A program made the position numbers and the translations under genes. A stretch of DNA of 36,643 nt from a virus (Duplodnaviria; Caudoviricetes), in IMG/VR virus record IMGVR_UViG_3300011337_000672, positions 1-36,643 of that record. One strand, 5' to 3'. This document shows positions 15,207 through 24,995 of this stretch, piece after piece; positions within the stretch are counted from its first letter, which is position 1, and each line of letters opens with the position of its first letter. The notes under the pieces were generated by a model, which had not been told where the DNA came from, did no database searches, and saw only the letters and a program-made list of their open reading frames with translations.

Positions 15207-16244
15207 ATGCCACAAACATATTCTATTCCAGGCGTTGAGATATTCTCTTGTGGTGTTTGGAATGGTGATGAATATACAATTGATGATCTTCAAGAAATGG
15301 TGACAGCGTTTAATGAAACTCAAAGAGGAATCAGACCTTTCATTAAACTTGGTCATGATGAGAAACAAAGATTACTTCAGGAGGATGGATTACCTGCTGC
15401 AGGTTGGATTGATAGACTTTATCTAAATGGAAATAAGCTTTTTGCTGATATAACTGATATACCAAAAAAGATTTATGATCTAATTCAAAATAAAGCTTAC
15501 AGAAAAGTATCAAGTGAAATTTACTGGAATCTAAAAGTCGGAGAAAAACTTTATAAAAGATTCTTAGGAGCCGTTGCCTTGCTTGGTTCTGATATGCCAG
15601 GTTGTATGAATTTGTCTGATATATTAGGTCAATATAAAGCTTTAACAAATGAGTTACCGAAAATATATTCAAATTGTGAAAAATATAATTTTGAAATTAA
15701 ACAAGAACAGATTACTATAAAGAAAGATGAGGGTGAAAATATGCCAACAGAAAAAGAATTACAATTAGAAGCAGAATTAAAAACTTTTAAATCTAAAGCA
15801 GAAGCAAGTGAGAAAGAACTTGCAAAAGCAAAACAAGAAGCTGAAGAGTTAAAAAAGTTTAAAGCTGATGCTGAAATTGCTACAGCTAAAGCTTTAAAAG
15901 AAGCACAAGAAGCTAAAGATCAAGCTTTTATTACTGATCTTGAGAAAGAAAATCTTTGTACTCCTGCAATGAAGCCTTTTATTTCTTCCTTAATTGGAGA
16001 AGAGAAAAAAGAATACTCTGTAAAAGTAGGAACAGAAGAAAAGAAATTAAATAAACATGAATTAGTAAAAGAAACTTTAAAACTTTTTAAAGCCATTGAT
16101 CAAGTTAACTTAGATGAAAGTTCTAGATCCGGTAATAAAGATTCTAAAGATTCTAAAGAGCAAGAAGAGAAAATTGCAAAATATATGGCCGAGAATAAAT
16201 GTACATATTCAAAAGCCGTTAAAGCAATTTTATCTTCTAAATAA
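15207..16244 (+). CDS. Mu gpI-like prohead protease with C-terminal scaffold
   Basis: KLGHD, PAAGWIDRL, YRKVSSEI, LGAVALLG; charged coiled-coil C-half. Confidence 0.85.
   Translation: MPQTYSIPGVEIFSCGVWNGDEYTIDDLQEMVTAFNETQRGIRPFIKLGHDEKQRLLQEDGLPAAGWIDRLYLNGNKLFADITDIPKKIYDLIQNKAYRKVSSEIYWNLKVGEKLYKRFLGAVALLGSDMPGCMNLSDILGQYKALTNELPKIYSNCEKYNFEIKQEQITIKKDEGENMPTEKELQLEAELKTFKSKAEASEKELAKAKQEAEELKKFKADAEIATAKALKEAQEAKDQAFITDLEKENLCTPAMKPFISSLIGEEKKEYSVKVGTEEKKLNKHELVKETLKLFKAIDQVNLDESSRSGNKDSKDSKEQEEKIAKYMAENKCTYSKAVKAILSSK
15741..16244 (+). CDS. Putative internally initiated scaffold protein (Mu gpZ-like), same frame as the protease
   Basis: GAGGGTG upstream of the in-frame ATG (MPTEKELQ) at the start of the coiled coil. 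Confidence 0.6.
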   Translation: MPTEKELQLEAELKTFKSKAEASEKELAKAKQEAEELKKFKADAEIATAKALKEAQEAKDQAFITDLEKENLCTPAMKPFISSLIGEEKKEYSVKVGTEEKKLNKHELVKETLKLFKAIDQVNLDESSRSGNKDSKDSKEQEEKIAKYMAENKCTYSKAVKAILSSK

Positions 16245-16270
16245 TATACCAATAAGAAAGGAGAAAGATT

Positions 16271-16651
16271 ATGAGCCATATAGCTCCAATTTCAATGAAA
16301 GTCCAAACGACTCTTTCTGCTTATCGTATTGTAACCTATTTGACTGGGACAGCGAATACAGTAAAACTACCAGCATCAGCAGGAGAATTGCCTCTTGGTA
16401 TTACAACCGACACGGTTTTAGATACTACAGCGTCAATTCCTGTTGCTATCGCAGGTATTCAAAAACTTTATTTCAATGACACAGTTACAAGTGGTTCTTA
16501 CGTTGCAGCAGACTCTTCAGGACGAGGAGTTCCTCATACAAATGTAACAGCAGGTTCATTCGTTATCGGTGTACTTGTTGGTCCTACTATTGCAGCAACA
16601 GGGACGATTGCTGATGTTTTAATTAACCCACACTTTAAATCTATTCCGTAA
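16271..16651 (+). CDS. Capsid decoration/cement protein (DUF2190-like)
   Basis: Between scaffold and MCP; small-residue-rich; VAADSSGRGV...IADVLI. Confidence 0.75.
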   Translation: MSHIAPISMKVQTTLSAYRIVTYLTGTANTVKLPASAGELPLGITTDTVLDTTASIPVAIAGIQKLYFNDTVTSGSYVAADSSGRGVPHTNVTAGSFVIGVLVGPTIAATGTIADVLINPHFKSIP

Positions 16652-16679
16652 TTAACGGATAAACGAAAGGAGTAATACT

Positions 16680-17585
16680 ATGCCATTAAAGTCACAGTTA
16701 CACGTGAATCAATTACTCTCGAATGTATCCGTTCAATATAAGAATTCGGAATACATTTGGGATAAAGTTTTTCCTCAAGTTCCTGTCATGAAAGACACTG
16801 ATCTTTATCGTGTATATGATAGAAATTTTAGAATTCCAGAAACTAAGCGAGCAGCAAAAGGCGTTGCACGAGAGTTTCAATTCGAAGTCAGCACAGCTTC
16901 ATATGCTTTAGAGCAACATGCTTTAAAAGAATATGTTGGTGTAGATGAAGAAGAAAATTACGATCAAGGATCTTTACAAGTTGATACAACTGAAAATCTC
17001 ACGGATGCGATTTACAGACGTATTGAAGACACAGTTGCAGCATTGTTTACTACAACAAATTGGAGCTTGAACGTATCATTGGCTGCTACAGCAGCATGGT
17101 CTTTGAATACAATTGCAAGCGATCCTGTTCCTGTTGTAGACACAGCGGCATCAACAATTATTGCGAACTCAGGAAAGACTCCAACCTTCATGGTGCTTCC
17201 TAGAAACGGATTTATCGCAGTTAAGAACCACGTAAGTGTTCTTGATCGCGTTAAATACACATCTAGCGAATTGTCAGAATCTATGATCGCAGGTCTTTTC
17301 TCTGTTTCTGAATTGTTAGTGCCCACAGCAGTTAAAGATACGGCGGTTGAGGGTGTAGCGCCTTCAATTTCCAATTTCTTTGGAAACATGGCATTTCTAG
17401 GATGGAAGCCAGGTAGTGCAGGTCTTAAAACACCTAGTTGCGGATATACGTTTATTAAGAGCACTCCAAGAGTAAGATCTTGGTTTGATAATGAACGCAA
17501 TGCTACAGCAATTGAAGTTGAGGTTAAATTTCAACCTAAAGTTGTTGCATCATTGACAGGGTATTTAATTAACGGCACAGTTTAA
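16680..17585 (+). CDS. Major capsid protein
   Basis: LSNVSVQYKNSEYIWDKVFPQVPV N-terminus; SD AAAGGAG; followed by a terminator. Confidence 0.88.
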   Translation: MPLKSQLHVNQLLSNVSVQYKNSEYIWDKVFPQVPVMKDTDLYRVYDRNFRIPETKRAAKGVAREFQFEVSTASYALEQHALKEYVGVDEEENYDQGSLQVDTTENLTDAIYRRIEDTVAALFTTTNWSLNVSLAATAAWSLNTIASDPVPVVDTAASTIIANSGKTPTFMVLPRNGFIAVKNHVSVLDRVKYTSSELSESMIAGLFSVSELLVPTAVKDTAVEGVAPSISNFFGNMAFLGWKPGSAGLKTPSCGYTFIKSTPRVRSWFDNERNATAIEVEVKFQPKVVASLTGYLINGTV

Positions 17586-17608
17586 TTAAAGCCATTGGAT
17601 TTCTTTTT

Positions 17609-17655
17609 GCCTCTCTATGGCTTATTAAATAGTCATGGAGAGGTTTTTTATTTTT
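17609..17655 (+). terminator. Rho-independent terminator after MCP
   Basis: GCCTCTCTATGGCT/AGTCATGGAGAGGT stem followed by TTTTTATTTTT. Confidence 0.8.
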
Positions 17656-17679
17656 AATAATTGGCTTAAAAGGAGCAAC

Positions 17680-18108
17680 ATGTCTGAAACTACAGAAAAT
17701 CTTTTTGATTCAGTTACGGAAAATAAATCAAAGAATCAAAGAAGAAATACAGAGGATAAAAATTCTGAACTAGAAGAAATGAAGAAAAAACTAGCAAAAT
17801 TAGAAAAGATGCTAGAAGAAAAAATTGAAAACGAAAAGGGTAATCCCGCAAATGAGTGGGCTAAAAAACTAGCACAAGAAAAAGCTAACAGAAAAGCAAA
17901 GCCTGTAAAAACTATTTTTACTTCTAAAGATGGTAAAATTTTAAAGATAGATGTAAAGCCAAATGGACAATATACATCTTACGTTGGGAACGCAGTTAAA
18001 AATAAAAACGAACTCAAGCCATTGATCGAAAATTGGATTAAAGAGGGAGTTTGGGTTAATGAATACGAATTAGAAACAAAAGTAAATGAATTAATTAAAT
18101 CATTTTAA
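17680..18108 (+). CDS. Hypothetical charged protein (MSETTEN...)
   Basis: SD AAAGGAG at the ATG 17680; the longer track start lies inside the terminator. Confidence 0.7.
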   Translation: MSETTENLFDSVTENKSKNQRRNTEDKNSELEEMKKKLAKLEKMLEEKIENEKGNPANEWAKKLAQEKANRKAKPVKTIFTSKDGKILKIDVKPNGQYTSYVGNAVKNKNELKPLIENWIKEGVWVNEYELETKVNELIKSF

Positions 18109-18126
18109 TAAAAAGAGAGGTGTAAA

Positions 18127-18609
18127 ATCGGAACCTACGCAACAACGACAAGTTTACAAACCTTGATGATTGGAACCGATTTTGATACGGCAACAACCTC
18201 TCTTTGTTCAAAGATGATCACTCATGCAGAAAATGAAGTAAATAAATATCTATCAAAGAGATATGATATCTCATCGTTTACCTCTACCTCTATTCCACCA
18301 CTTGTTACATCACTCACTGAAACTCTTGCTGAAGGTTATAGTTATCAAAGAATGAGTCGAGGTAATAAAGAGTGGAGAGATAGAGGACTAGAACTTGTTA
18401 AAATGGCTTTAGAAAATCTAAAGCTTATCTCAGAATATAAATTAGATTTAGTTGATTCTTCTGGAAATGTTCTAACAGATATGAGTAACACAGCTTTTCG
18501 ATGCTTATCTAGTACTGATTCTTATCCAACAACGTTCAATGAAGATAGTGAACTCAATTGGAAAATTGATACAACGAAGCTTGATGACATAGAAAGTGAG
18601 CGTGGTTAA
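18127..18609 (+). CDS. Head-tail adaptor (Mu gp36/DUF1320-like), probable ATC start
   Basis: AENEVNKYLSKRY...IPPLV motif; N-terminal GTYATTTSL follows SD GAGAGGTG and an ATC codon. Confidence 0.75.
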   Translation: MGTYATTTSLQTLMIGTDFDTATTSLCSKMITHAENEVNKYLSKRYDISSFTSTSIPPLVTSLTETLAEGYSYQRMSRGNKEWRDRGLELVKMALENLKLISEYKLDLVDSSGNVLTDMSNTAFRCLSSTDSYPTTFNEDSELNWKIDTTKLDDIESERG

Positions 18610-19082
18610 TGGCTACAGAAGTCACTTTTGAAAATAAAGAAGTAATGGATTTCTTAAAGAATCTAGATAAAAAACTTAAAGACATTGATGACGGTGCTAA
18701 AAAATATACTACCCTACTATCCTCTATTGTTTATAGAAATATAAATGAACATTTTGAAAATGAGGAAGGATCAGAGGGAAAATGGGAACAATGGTCTTTA
18801 TATTATGCAATTAAAATGAAAAAAATAGATAAAGGTGGAAATAAGATTTTACAAGACACCGGAAGACTAAGAAACTCATTTAAACCAATGAATGTAAAAA
18901 GAACTAGCGAAGGATTCTTATGGTTTAATAATGCGAAAACTAAATCAGGATTTCCGTACGCATTTGCACACAATGAGGGTGGTGAAAAACTACCAAAGCG
19001 TGATTTCATGTGGTTGTCTAATGAAGCACAAGAAAAGATTAGTATTCAGACATTACAATTCATGATCGAGATGGGTGTTTAA
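18609..19082 (+). CDS. Virion morphogenesis protein (Mu gpG-like)
   Basis: HFENEE...KW...KILQDTGRLRNS...YAFAHNEG...LPKRDFM. Confidence 0.85.
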   Translation: MATEVTFENKEVMDFLKNLDKKLKDIDDGAKKYTTLLSSIVYRNINEHFENEEGSEGKWEQWSLYYAIKMKKIDKGGNKILQDTGRLRNSFKPMNVKRTSEGFLWFNNAKTKSGFPYAFAHNEGGEKLPKRDFMWLSNEAQEKISIQTLQFMIEMGV

Positions 19083-19585
19083 TGGCTACAAGAGTAGATC
19101 TTAATAATATAAAATCAGAGTTAAGATCACTTTTTAATTCAGCCAACACTACGACAGCAAATCCTATCGATCTTTCTTCAAGCCTTACAAGACGTGTTCA
19201 AAAAGTCTTATCTGTACATCCTGAATTTATTCCAATTCAAGCATCTCATTATCCTTGTGTTACCTGTTATATTTCTAATAAATCAATGCCTAGTAATGAT
19301 ATTGCGAAAGATCAATTAAACTCTAAACGTCGTGGTGATATTTCAATTGATGTTGTCGGCGCTGTATTTAATCAAAACTTTCTAGATATAACTAAAGATC
19401 CAGCAGATGAAGACATAAATTATTTGATGGAAAATATTGAATTAATACTTAGGTCTAGTCCTAGTTTAAATGGATCTGTACTGTGGCAAAATCCTACATC
19501 ATGTGAGTATTATTCTACAGTTTTAAATTCACAAGTTCACTTGAGAGTTGGTATTTTAAAACTAGAAGCATCTATATTCTATTAA
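19082..19585 (+). CDS. Putative tail terminator/completion protein
   Basis: Position after gpG-like gene; size; YPCVTC motif. Confidence 0.6.
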   Translation: MATRVDLNNIKSELRSLFNSANTTTANPIDLSSSLTRRVQKVLSVHPEFIPIQASHYPCVTCYISNKSMPSNDIAKDQLNSKRRGDISIDVVGAVFNQNFLDITKDPADEDINYLMENIELILRSSPSLNGSVLWQNPTSCEYYSTVLNSQVHLRVGILKLEASIFY

Positions 19586-19597
19586 GAAAGGAGCATC

Positions 19598-20590
19598 ATG
19601 ACTGAAGATCAAATAAGAGCACAATCTGAAGCTGCGATTAAACAATGGGGCGAACAATGGGAAAAACATTGTAAAATTCACTCTCAAGATAAAGATATTA
19701 AAAATAGCCTCAAAGATCTTGAGTCAACTGGAATAGGTAAAGCCATCCTTCTTGTAGCTAATGGATACTCTCTTGAAGAAAACATGCAAAAGATCAAGGA
19801 TAATCAAGATACTTGTGATATTATTTGTTGTGATAAGTCCTTGGGTCATTTAATTAATAATGGTGTATATCCTAAATATTGTCTTGTCTGTGACGCGAAT
19901 GTGGATTTTGAAAAATATTTAAAACCATATTTAGATAAACTTGATAAAACTACTTTACTAATTAATGTCTGTGCAAATCCAGAGTGGTCTCAAGTTATAA
20001 ATTGGAAAACAAAATACTTCTTTGTGAACAAAGACATTATAGATAGTCATTTAAAATTCTCTAAAATTACTGGATGTAATAACTTTATTCCAGCAGGAAC
20101 CAATGTTTCAAATGCCATGATGATCATGCTCACTCAAAGTGATAACAATGGAAAGAGAAATTTCTTTGGATATGATAAGTTTCTTCTTATAGGATATGAT
20201 TATTCATGGAATTATGACGGTAATTATTATGCTTATAACAAAGATGGTGATGGAAAAGCAGATTATATGAAGCATATTTATTGCGTAAATATGAATGGAG
20301 ATTTCGCCTATACATCTGGTAATCTATACTTTTCATCAAAATGGTTAGAGAAATACTTATCTACGTTTAAATTTCCAGTTGTGAACTGTTCTAAAAAGAC
20401 TATTTTGACACAAACAAAATTTGGTGATTTAGAAGAGCAAATGAAATACAATTTTAAACAAGAGGATTCTTCTCGTGTGAAAAATATGATCGAGGAGCTA
20501 ACTCAAATAATTAAAAGAAAATCGGTTATTGAAAGCAGTTTATTAAATATAGAGAAAGAACACTTTCAATCCGTTTTATCGAGTGTGTAA
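19598..20590 (+). CDS. Maf-family (MAF_flag10/DUF115, MptE-like) putative glycosyltransferase
   Basis: AILLVANGYSLEEN, IICCDKSL..L...GVYPKYCLVCD, GTNVSNA, FLLIGYDYS match the family pattern GPSL / IIAxD / GxSV / IxLxGxD. Confidence 0.75.
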   Translation: MTEDQIRAQSEAAIKQWGEQWEKHCKIHSQDKDIKNSLKDLESTGIGKAILLVANGYSLEENMQKIKDNQDTCDIICCDKSLGHLINNGVYPKYCLVCDANVDFEKYLKPYLDKLDKTTLLINVCANPEWSQVINWKTKYFFVNKDIIDSHLKFSKITGCNNFIPAGTNVSNAMMIMLTQSDNNGKRNFFGYDKFLLIGYDYSWNYDGNYYAYNKDGDGKADYMKHIYCVNMNGDFAYTSGNLYFSSKWLEKYLSTFKFPVVNCSKKTILTQTKFGDLEEQMKYNFKQEDSSRVKNMIEELTQIIKRKSVIESSLLNIEKEHFQSVLSSV

Positions 20591-20609
20591 ACTATAGGAG
20601 GGTTTAATC

Positions 20610-21659
20610 ATGGCGGTAGGTCAGGGTTCATTAGTAGGGAATTTATCCTACTTAGCAGTTGGAAGAGAAATTACTTATGGAACCTATGCCACTTGCACGG
20701 CTGGGATTAACTTCTTATCTGCATCTTTTAAAACAATGAAAGAAGTTAAAATATTAGAAGAAGTTCAAACTTCTAGAACTAACTCGAATGCAATATCTCT
20801 AGGGAAAACTATTGAGGGAGAAGCAGAGTTTTATTTTTCTCCAATAAATGGGGCTTGTAATTATATTGTTCATAATGCCTTTGGAGGAGGAAATGTAGTA
20901 TCAGCAACAGCAACAGGTGAGACTGCTGGAGGAGCTGGATTTACTCATACTATTTCTATTAATAACTTCTTAACAACTTATTCGTCTTTAAGTTTTAACA
21001 TGAGAAAAGGGCAAGCAACTGGCGGAAAGATTTTTGAATATTCTGGGTTTAGAGTAAATGAATTAACTTTCACAGCGGAGATTGATGAGGCATTAAAATG
21101 TTCTACATCTATGGTTGGAAAAGATTCTACTTTAACAGCAAATGATGTTTCAGGTGTTCTTTCAACTCTCACACAAGCTCCTCTTAGTTTTGTTAACGGT
21201 AGATTTTCTGTAGAGACATCAACAGGAGCATTAACAACAACTAGTTATTGGCATGTCCAAAGTTTTGAATTTAAGATTGCAAATAACTTAAATTCTGATT
21301 CTGGAGCTCGTCGAATTGGTAGTGACACGCTTCAAGTGTTACCTGCTGGTATGGCAACTTTTGATTTAAAGGCCACAATTCGTTTTGATACTACAACAGC
21401 ATTTGATGCTATGATTGCAGGAACCAGGCTTGCTGCTGAATTTGAGTTCTTAGGCAATACTATGGGAAACTCTGTTATTAGAGAAGGTATTAAACTGACA
21501 ATGCCTTATGTGTTAGTAAGCGAAGCTGGTGATCCTGAAATCGGAGGTCCTAATGAGATGCTTACTAGTGAAGTTACTTTCAAAGTTTTAAGAGATCCTA
21601 CAACAGCAGGTTATGCTGTGAAAGCTCTTATTACAAACAACACATCAACATACGCATAA
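20610..21659 (+). CDS. Tail tube (major tail) protein
   Basis: YLAVGREITYGT N-terminus, FEYSGFRVNELTF; upstream of chaperone and tape measure. Confidence 0.82.
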   Translation: MAVGQGSLVGNLSYLAVGREITYGTYATCTAGINFLSASFKTMKEVKILEEVQTSRTNSNAISLGKTIEGEAEFYFSPINGACNYIVHNAFGGGNVVSATATGETAGGAGFTHTISINNFLTTYSSLSFNMRKGQATGGKIFEYSGFRVNELTFTAEIDEALKCSTSMVGKDSTLTANDVSGVLSTLTQAPLSFVNGRFSVETSTGALTTTSYWHVQSFEFKIANNLNSDSGARRIGSDTLQVLPAGMATFDLKATIRFDTTTAFDAMIAGTRLAAEFEFLGNTMGNSVIREGIKLTMPYVLVSEAGDPEIGGPNEMLTSEVTFKVLRDPTTAGYAVKALITNNTSTYA

Positions 21660-21667
21660 AGGTTTTA

Positions 21668-22039
21668 ATGTTTAGTTTTTTTAAAAGTAAGAAATTAGAA
21701 TCAGTTTTAGAAGAAACAAAGACAATTCGTGTTCATGGAATACGAATTGTTATTTGTAAAATTAATGTTTTAAATTATCTAGATGGTTCAAAAGCTCTTA
21801 ATCAATCCTATGATCTTTATAAATCAGGGCAAAGAAATACTCCTATAGATTTTTATGATAAAAAAATCTTGGAACATATTAAACACGTTATATATTCTGG
21901 AGTAGTTAATCCAAAAATAACTTTATCTTCAGATAAAGATGGACTGTTTATTGATAAACTTTTTACAGATATTGATCTAGTTTTGTCCATATATAATGAA
22001 ATTATGCTTTTTACAAATGGTAAAAAAAAAACGAAATAA
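21668..22039 (+). CDS. Tail assembly chaperone (G-like)
   Basis: Between tube and tape measure; ends in an A10 slippery run. Confidence 0.75.
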   Translation: MFSFFKSKKLESVLEETKTIRVHGIRIVICKINVLNYLDGSKALNQSYDLYKSGQRNTPIDFYDKKILEHIKHVIYSGVVNPKITLSSDKDGLFIDKLFTDIDLVLSIYNEIMLFTNGKKKTK

Positions 22040-22218
22040 AATACCTTAGTAGAGAAAAACTAAATGAATTAGATATAATCTCTAGACGTTATTCACAAAA
22101 ACCAAGTTCCTTTTTGAAAGATTCAGTAAGTGATTTTCAATTTAATTTATTAGTTGCAAGTGTAGGAATTGAATTTGAAAATAAAAACATGAGGAAAGGG
22201 TCTTTTCGTGGCAAGTAA
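22022..22218 (+). other. Programmed -1 frameshift site and GT-like extension (NEIKYLSREKLNELDIISRRYSQKPSSFL...GSFRGK)
   Basis: A10 at 22022-22031 then C; -1 frame open to TAA 22216-22218, with no start codon until its last few codons. Confidence 0.8.
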
Positions 22219-24214
22219 AATAGCAGAACTTTTATTAAAATTCAAAACAACTGGTGAAGAAAAACTAGAAGCACTATCAGATGGATTCGAGAAAGTTGGA
22301 AAAACTGCAGGAATAGCATTCGCAGCAATCGGTGCCTTTATAACTAAATCATTAATGGATTATCGTGAGCAAGAAAAAGCTGTTGAGTCATTAACTCAAT
22401 CAATGATTAATAATGGAATATATACTAAAGAATTAAAAGATGAATATTTAGATCAAGCATCCGCACTTCAAAAGTTATCATTATTTGGGGATGAACAAAT
22501 AATTGCAGCTCAAGCGACATTACAAACACAGCTTGGTCTTCTTAAAATTACCCCTGAATTAACAAAAGCAACTTTAGATTTTGCACAGGCCCAAGGAGTG
22601 GACCTTCAATCAGCGGCGGAAATGGTTGGAAAAACAATTGGAACAAATACAAATGCATTAGGAAGACAAGGTTTAGAACTATCTAATAATATGACAGCTT
22701 CTCAAAAACTAGCTGCTACCGTAGAATTTTTAAACGGAAAATGGGAAGGTCAAGCTTTAGCGGCAACGAAAGGTCTTGGAGGAATAACTCAATTAAAAAA
22801 TGCTTTTTCTGATTTATTAGAAAATATTGGGGAAAAACTATCTCCTGCTATTGTTTTTTTAACCTCTAAAATAAAATCTGTTATTGATACAGCAAATGAA
22901 CACCCAGGTGTAATTCGTTTTATTGCAGCAATAACAGCAGGCGCAGCAGCAGTAACAGGTTTTGTTGCTGCACTTAGTGCAGCCGGTGTTGCTTTTACAG
23001 CTATTGGATCTTTAGCAGCAGGTCTTGGTATAACATTAGGAGCTTTGCTTGGACCAATCGCTGCGGTTGGTGCTGGAGTTGCAGCTCTTGCAATAGGTAT
23101 CGGAACCTATATGACAAGGGGAACTAAAGATGCAAGTAATTCAATTTCAGAGCTTGAAGAAAAAATAAAAAATACAAGATCAGAACTTGAAAAATGGCAA
23201 GCATTTGTAGACACACATAAAAACAAATCAGTATTTGGTGCAACAGATGAAGATATAAAAAGACTAGATCTTTTAAAAGAAAGACTTTCTGGATATGAAG
23301 AAAGTTTAAGAAAACTTAATGCTCAACAAAGTATATCTACCCAGAACTCAGAAGAATCAATTAAGGCTGAAATTAACAAACAAGAAGCTCTTAAAAAGAT
23401 AAGCGATGAGGCTTATATAAAAAAATCTGAACAAAATGCGATCAACAGACAATATGAAAAAGACATAGATTCAGCAAACCATCAAGAAGACATGGCACTT
23501 TTAGTTGAAAGAGAAGATGAGAAAAAATTGGCTCTTGTATCTGCTCAAGAAGCAAAACTACAAGCAGAGATAGCTCATCAAAATCAATTAATAACTAATG
23601 CTACAACTCAAGCAAATAAGCTTAAGGCGATAAAAGATAAAGAAGCTTTTGAAGATAAACTTAGAGATGTCACAGAAAAGAAACAAGAATTAGAAAGAGA
23701 AGTAACTCAAAATAAAGCAAAAGAAGCTGCAAGATCATCAACATTAAGTGTTATTGCGGGAATGCAAAGCTCATCAAATTCAACTCTTGCAGCAATTGGT
23801 AAGGCCGCAGCTCTTACTCAAATTGCAATAGATACTCCTGTTGCTATTGGTAGAGCTCTCGCTGCATTTCCTCCTCCATTCAATGCAGCTGCAGCGGCGG
23901 CTGTGGGAGCAGCAATGGCTGTACAGGCTGCAAAGGTGGCTGGAATTCCTTTGGCTGAGGGTGGGATTGTTATGCCTAGACCTGGAGGAACTCAAGCAAC
24001 TATTGGTGAGGCTGGAAGTGCAGAGGCCGTTATTCCACTGGATAAATATCCAAACCTATTAAATGGTGGAGGAACTAATATTCAATTAACTGTTTATGGT
24101 GGAATTCTTGGCGATCAATCAAGTGCCTATGAATTCGCAAAAGCAATTGATAGAGAATTATTAAAACTTAGACAAAATAATGAATCAGCAGCCTTTGATA
24201 GTGGGGTGGTATAA
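22208..24214 (+). CDS. Tape measure protein
   Basis: 668 aa, Ala/Gly-rich helical with hydrophobic segments; C-terminal LAEGGIV...IGEAGSAEAVIPL. Confidence 0.9.
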   Translation: MASKIAELLLKFKTTGEEKLEALSDGFEKVGKTAGIAFAAIGAFITKSLMDYREQEKAVESLTQSMINNGIYTKELKDEYLDQASALQKLSLFGDEQIIAAQATLQTQLGLLKITPELTKATLDFAQAQGVDLQSAAEMVGKTIGTNTNALGRQGLELSNNMTASQKLAATVEFLNGKWEGQALAATKGLGGITQLKNAFSDLLENIGEKLSPAIVFLTSKIKSVIDTANEHPGVIRFIAAITAGAAAVTGFVAALSAAGVAFTAIGSLAAGLGITLGALLGPIAAVGAGVAALAIGIGTYMTRGTKDASNSISELEEKIKNTRSELEKWQAFVDTHKNKSVFGATDEDIKRLDLLKERLSGYEESLRKLNAQQSISTQNSEESIKAEINKQEALKKISDEAYIKKSEQNAINRQYEKDIDSANHQEDMALLVEREDEKKLALVSAQEAKLQAEIAHQNQLITNATTQANKLKAIKDKEAFEDKLRDVTEKKQELEREVTQNKAKEAARSSTLSVIAGMQSSSNSTLAAIGKAAALTQIAIDTPVAIGRALAAFPPPFNAAAAAAVGAAMAVQAAKVAGIPLAEGGIVMPRPGGTQATIGEAGSAEAVIPLDKYPNLLNGGGTNIQLTVYGGILGDQSSAYEFAKAIDRELLKLRQNNESAAFDSGVV

Positions 24215-24215
24215 A

Positions 24216-24995
24216 ATGGATTTTCTTACTACGAATCTTATAAATACAACCACTCAAATTAGTTTAAATTCTAATACATCAACTGCATCAAATATCTTTA
24301 ATAGAGATCCTTTCTATCAATATTATAGTGATGGATTTAATAATGATTTAACAACATCTTCAATTACTATTACATTTTCTGATACTACATCAGTTTCTAG
24401 GATTGCTTTAATAGATACAAATGCAAAACAATTTAATTTATTTTATAATGGATCAACTGCGAATTCTATTACGCTAGATGGAAATGGTTCAACCTCAACA
24501 GCATCATGGGCAAGTAATACAGAATCAAATATTTACATGAGACTATCAAGTACTATTACTGTGTCTTCTATTACTCTAGATATTAAATCAACACAGACAG
24601 CAGATAATGAAAAAAGATTAGGAATATTTTATATAGGAGATAAATATTATACTTTAACTCAAATACCTTCAGCAAATAATTATAATCCTAGAATAAATCC
24701 AAAACAAGTCGTACATACTTTGTCAGATGGAGGAACTAGAATTCATAATATAAGAAAAAAGAAATCAATAGAAATTAATTTGGATTATATTAGCTCAAGT
24801 ATAAGATCTAATCTAGAAACAATTTATAATTTAACTGTTCCATTTCAATTCTGTCCTTTTGGGACAACAACTTCATGGGATGGATTCTTTTTTGAATGTG
24901 TTTGGACGGGTGGTTTTGATTTTTATGAATTTTCTGATAATGCTTCTTCATCTGGATTCTCAGGTAAAATAAACTTAAGGGAGACTCCATTTTGA
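24216..24995 (+). CDS. Putative distal tail protein
   Basis: First gene after TMP; ATG right after the TMP stop with GGGGTGG upstream. Confidence 0.65.
   Translation: MDFLTTNLINTTTQISLNSNTSTASNIFNRDPFYQYYSDGFNNDLTTSSITITFSDTTSVSRIALIDTNAKQFNLFYNGSTANSITLDGNGSTSTASWASNTESNIYMRLSSTITVSSITLDIKSTQTADNEKRLGIFYIGDKYYTLTQIPSANNYNPRINPKQVVHTLSDGGTRIHNIRKKKSIEINLDYISSSIRSNLETIYNLTVPFQFCPFGTTTSWDGFFFECVWTGGFDFYEFSDNASSSGFSGKINLRETPF

Noticed and set aside
17012-17500. 162-aa antisense ORF within the major capsid gene, and similar short antisense ORFs in late genes
   Set aside because: No motifs or RBS; expected shadows of biased sense-strand codons
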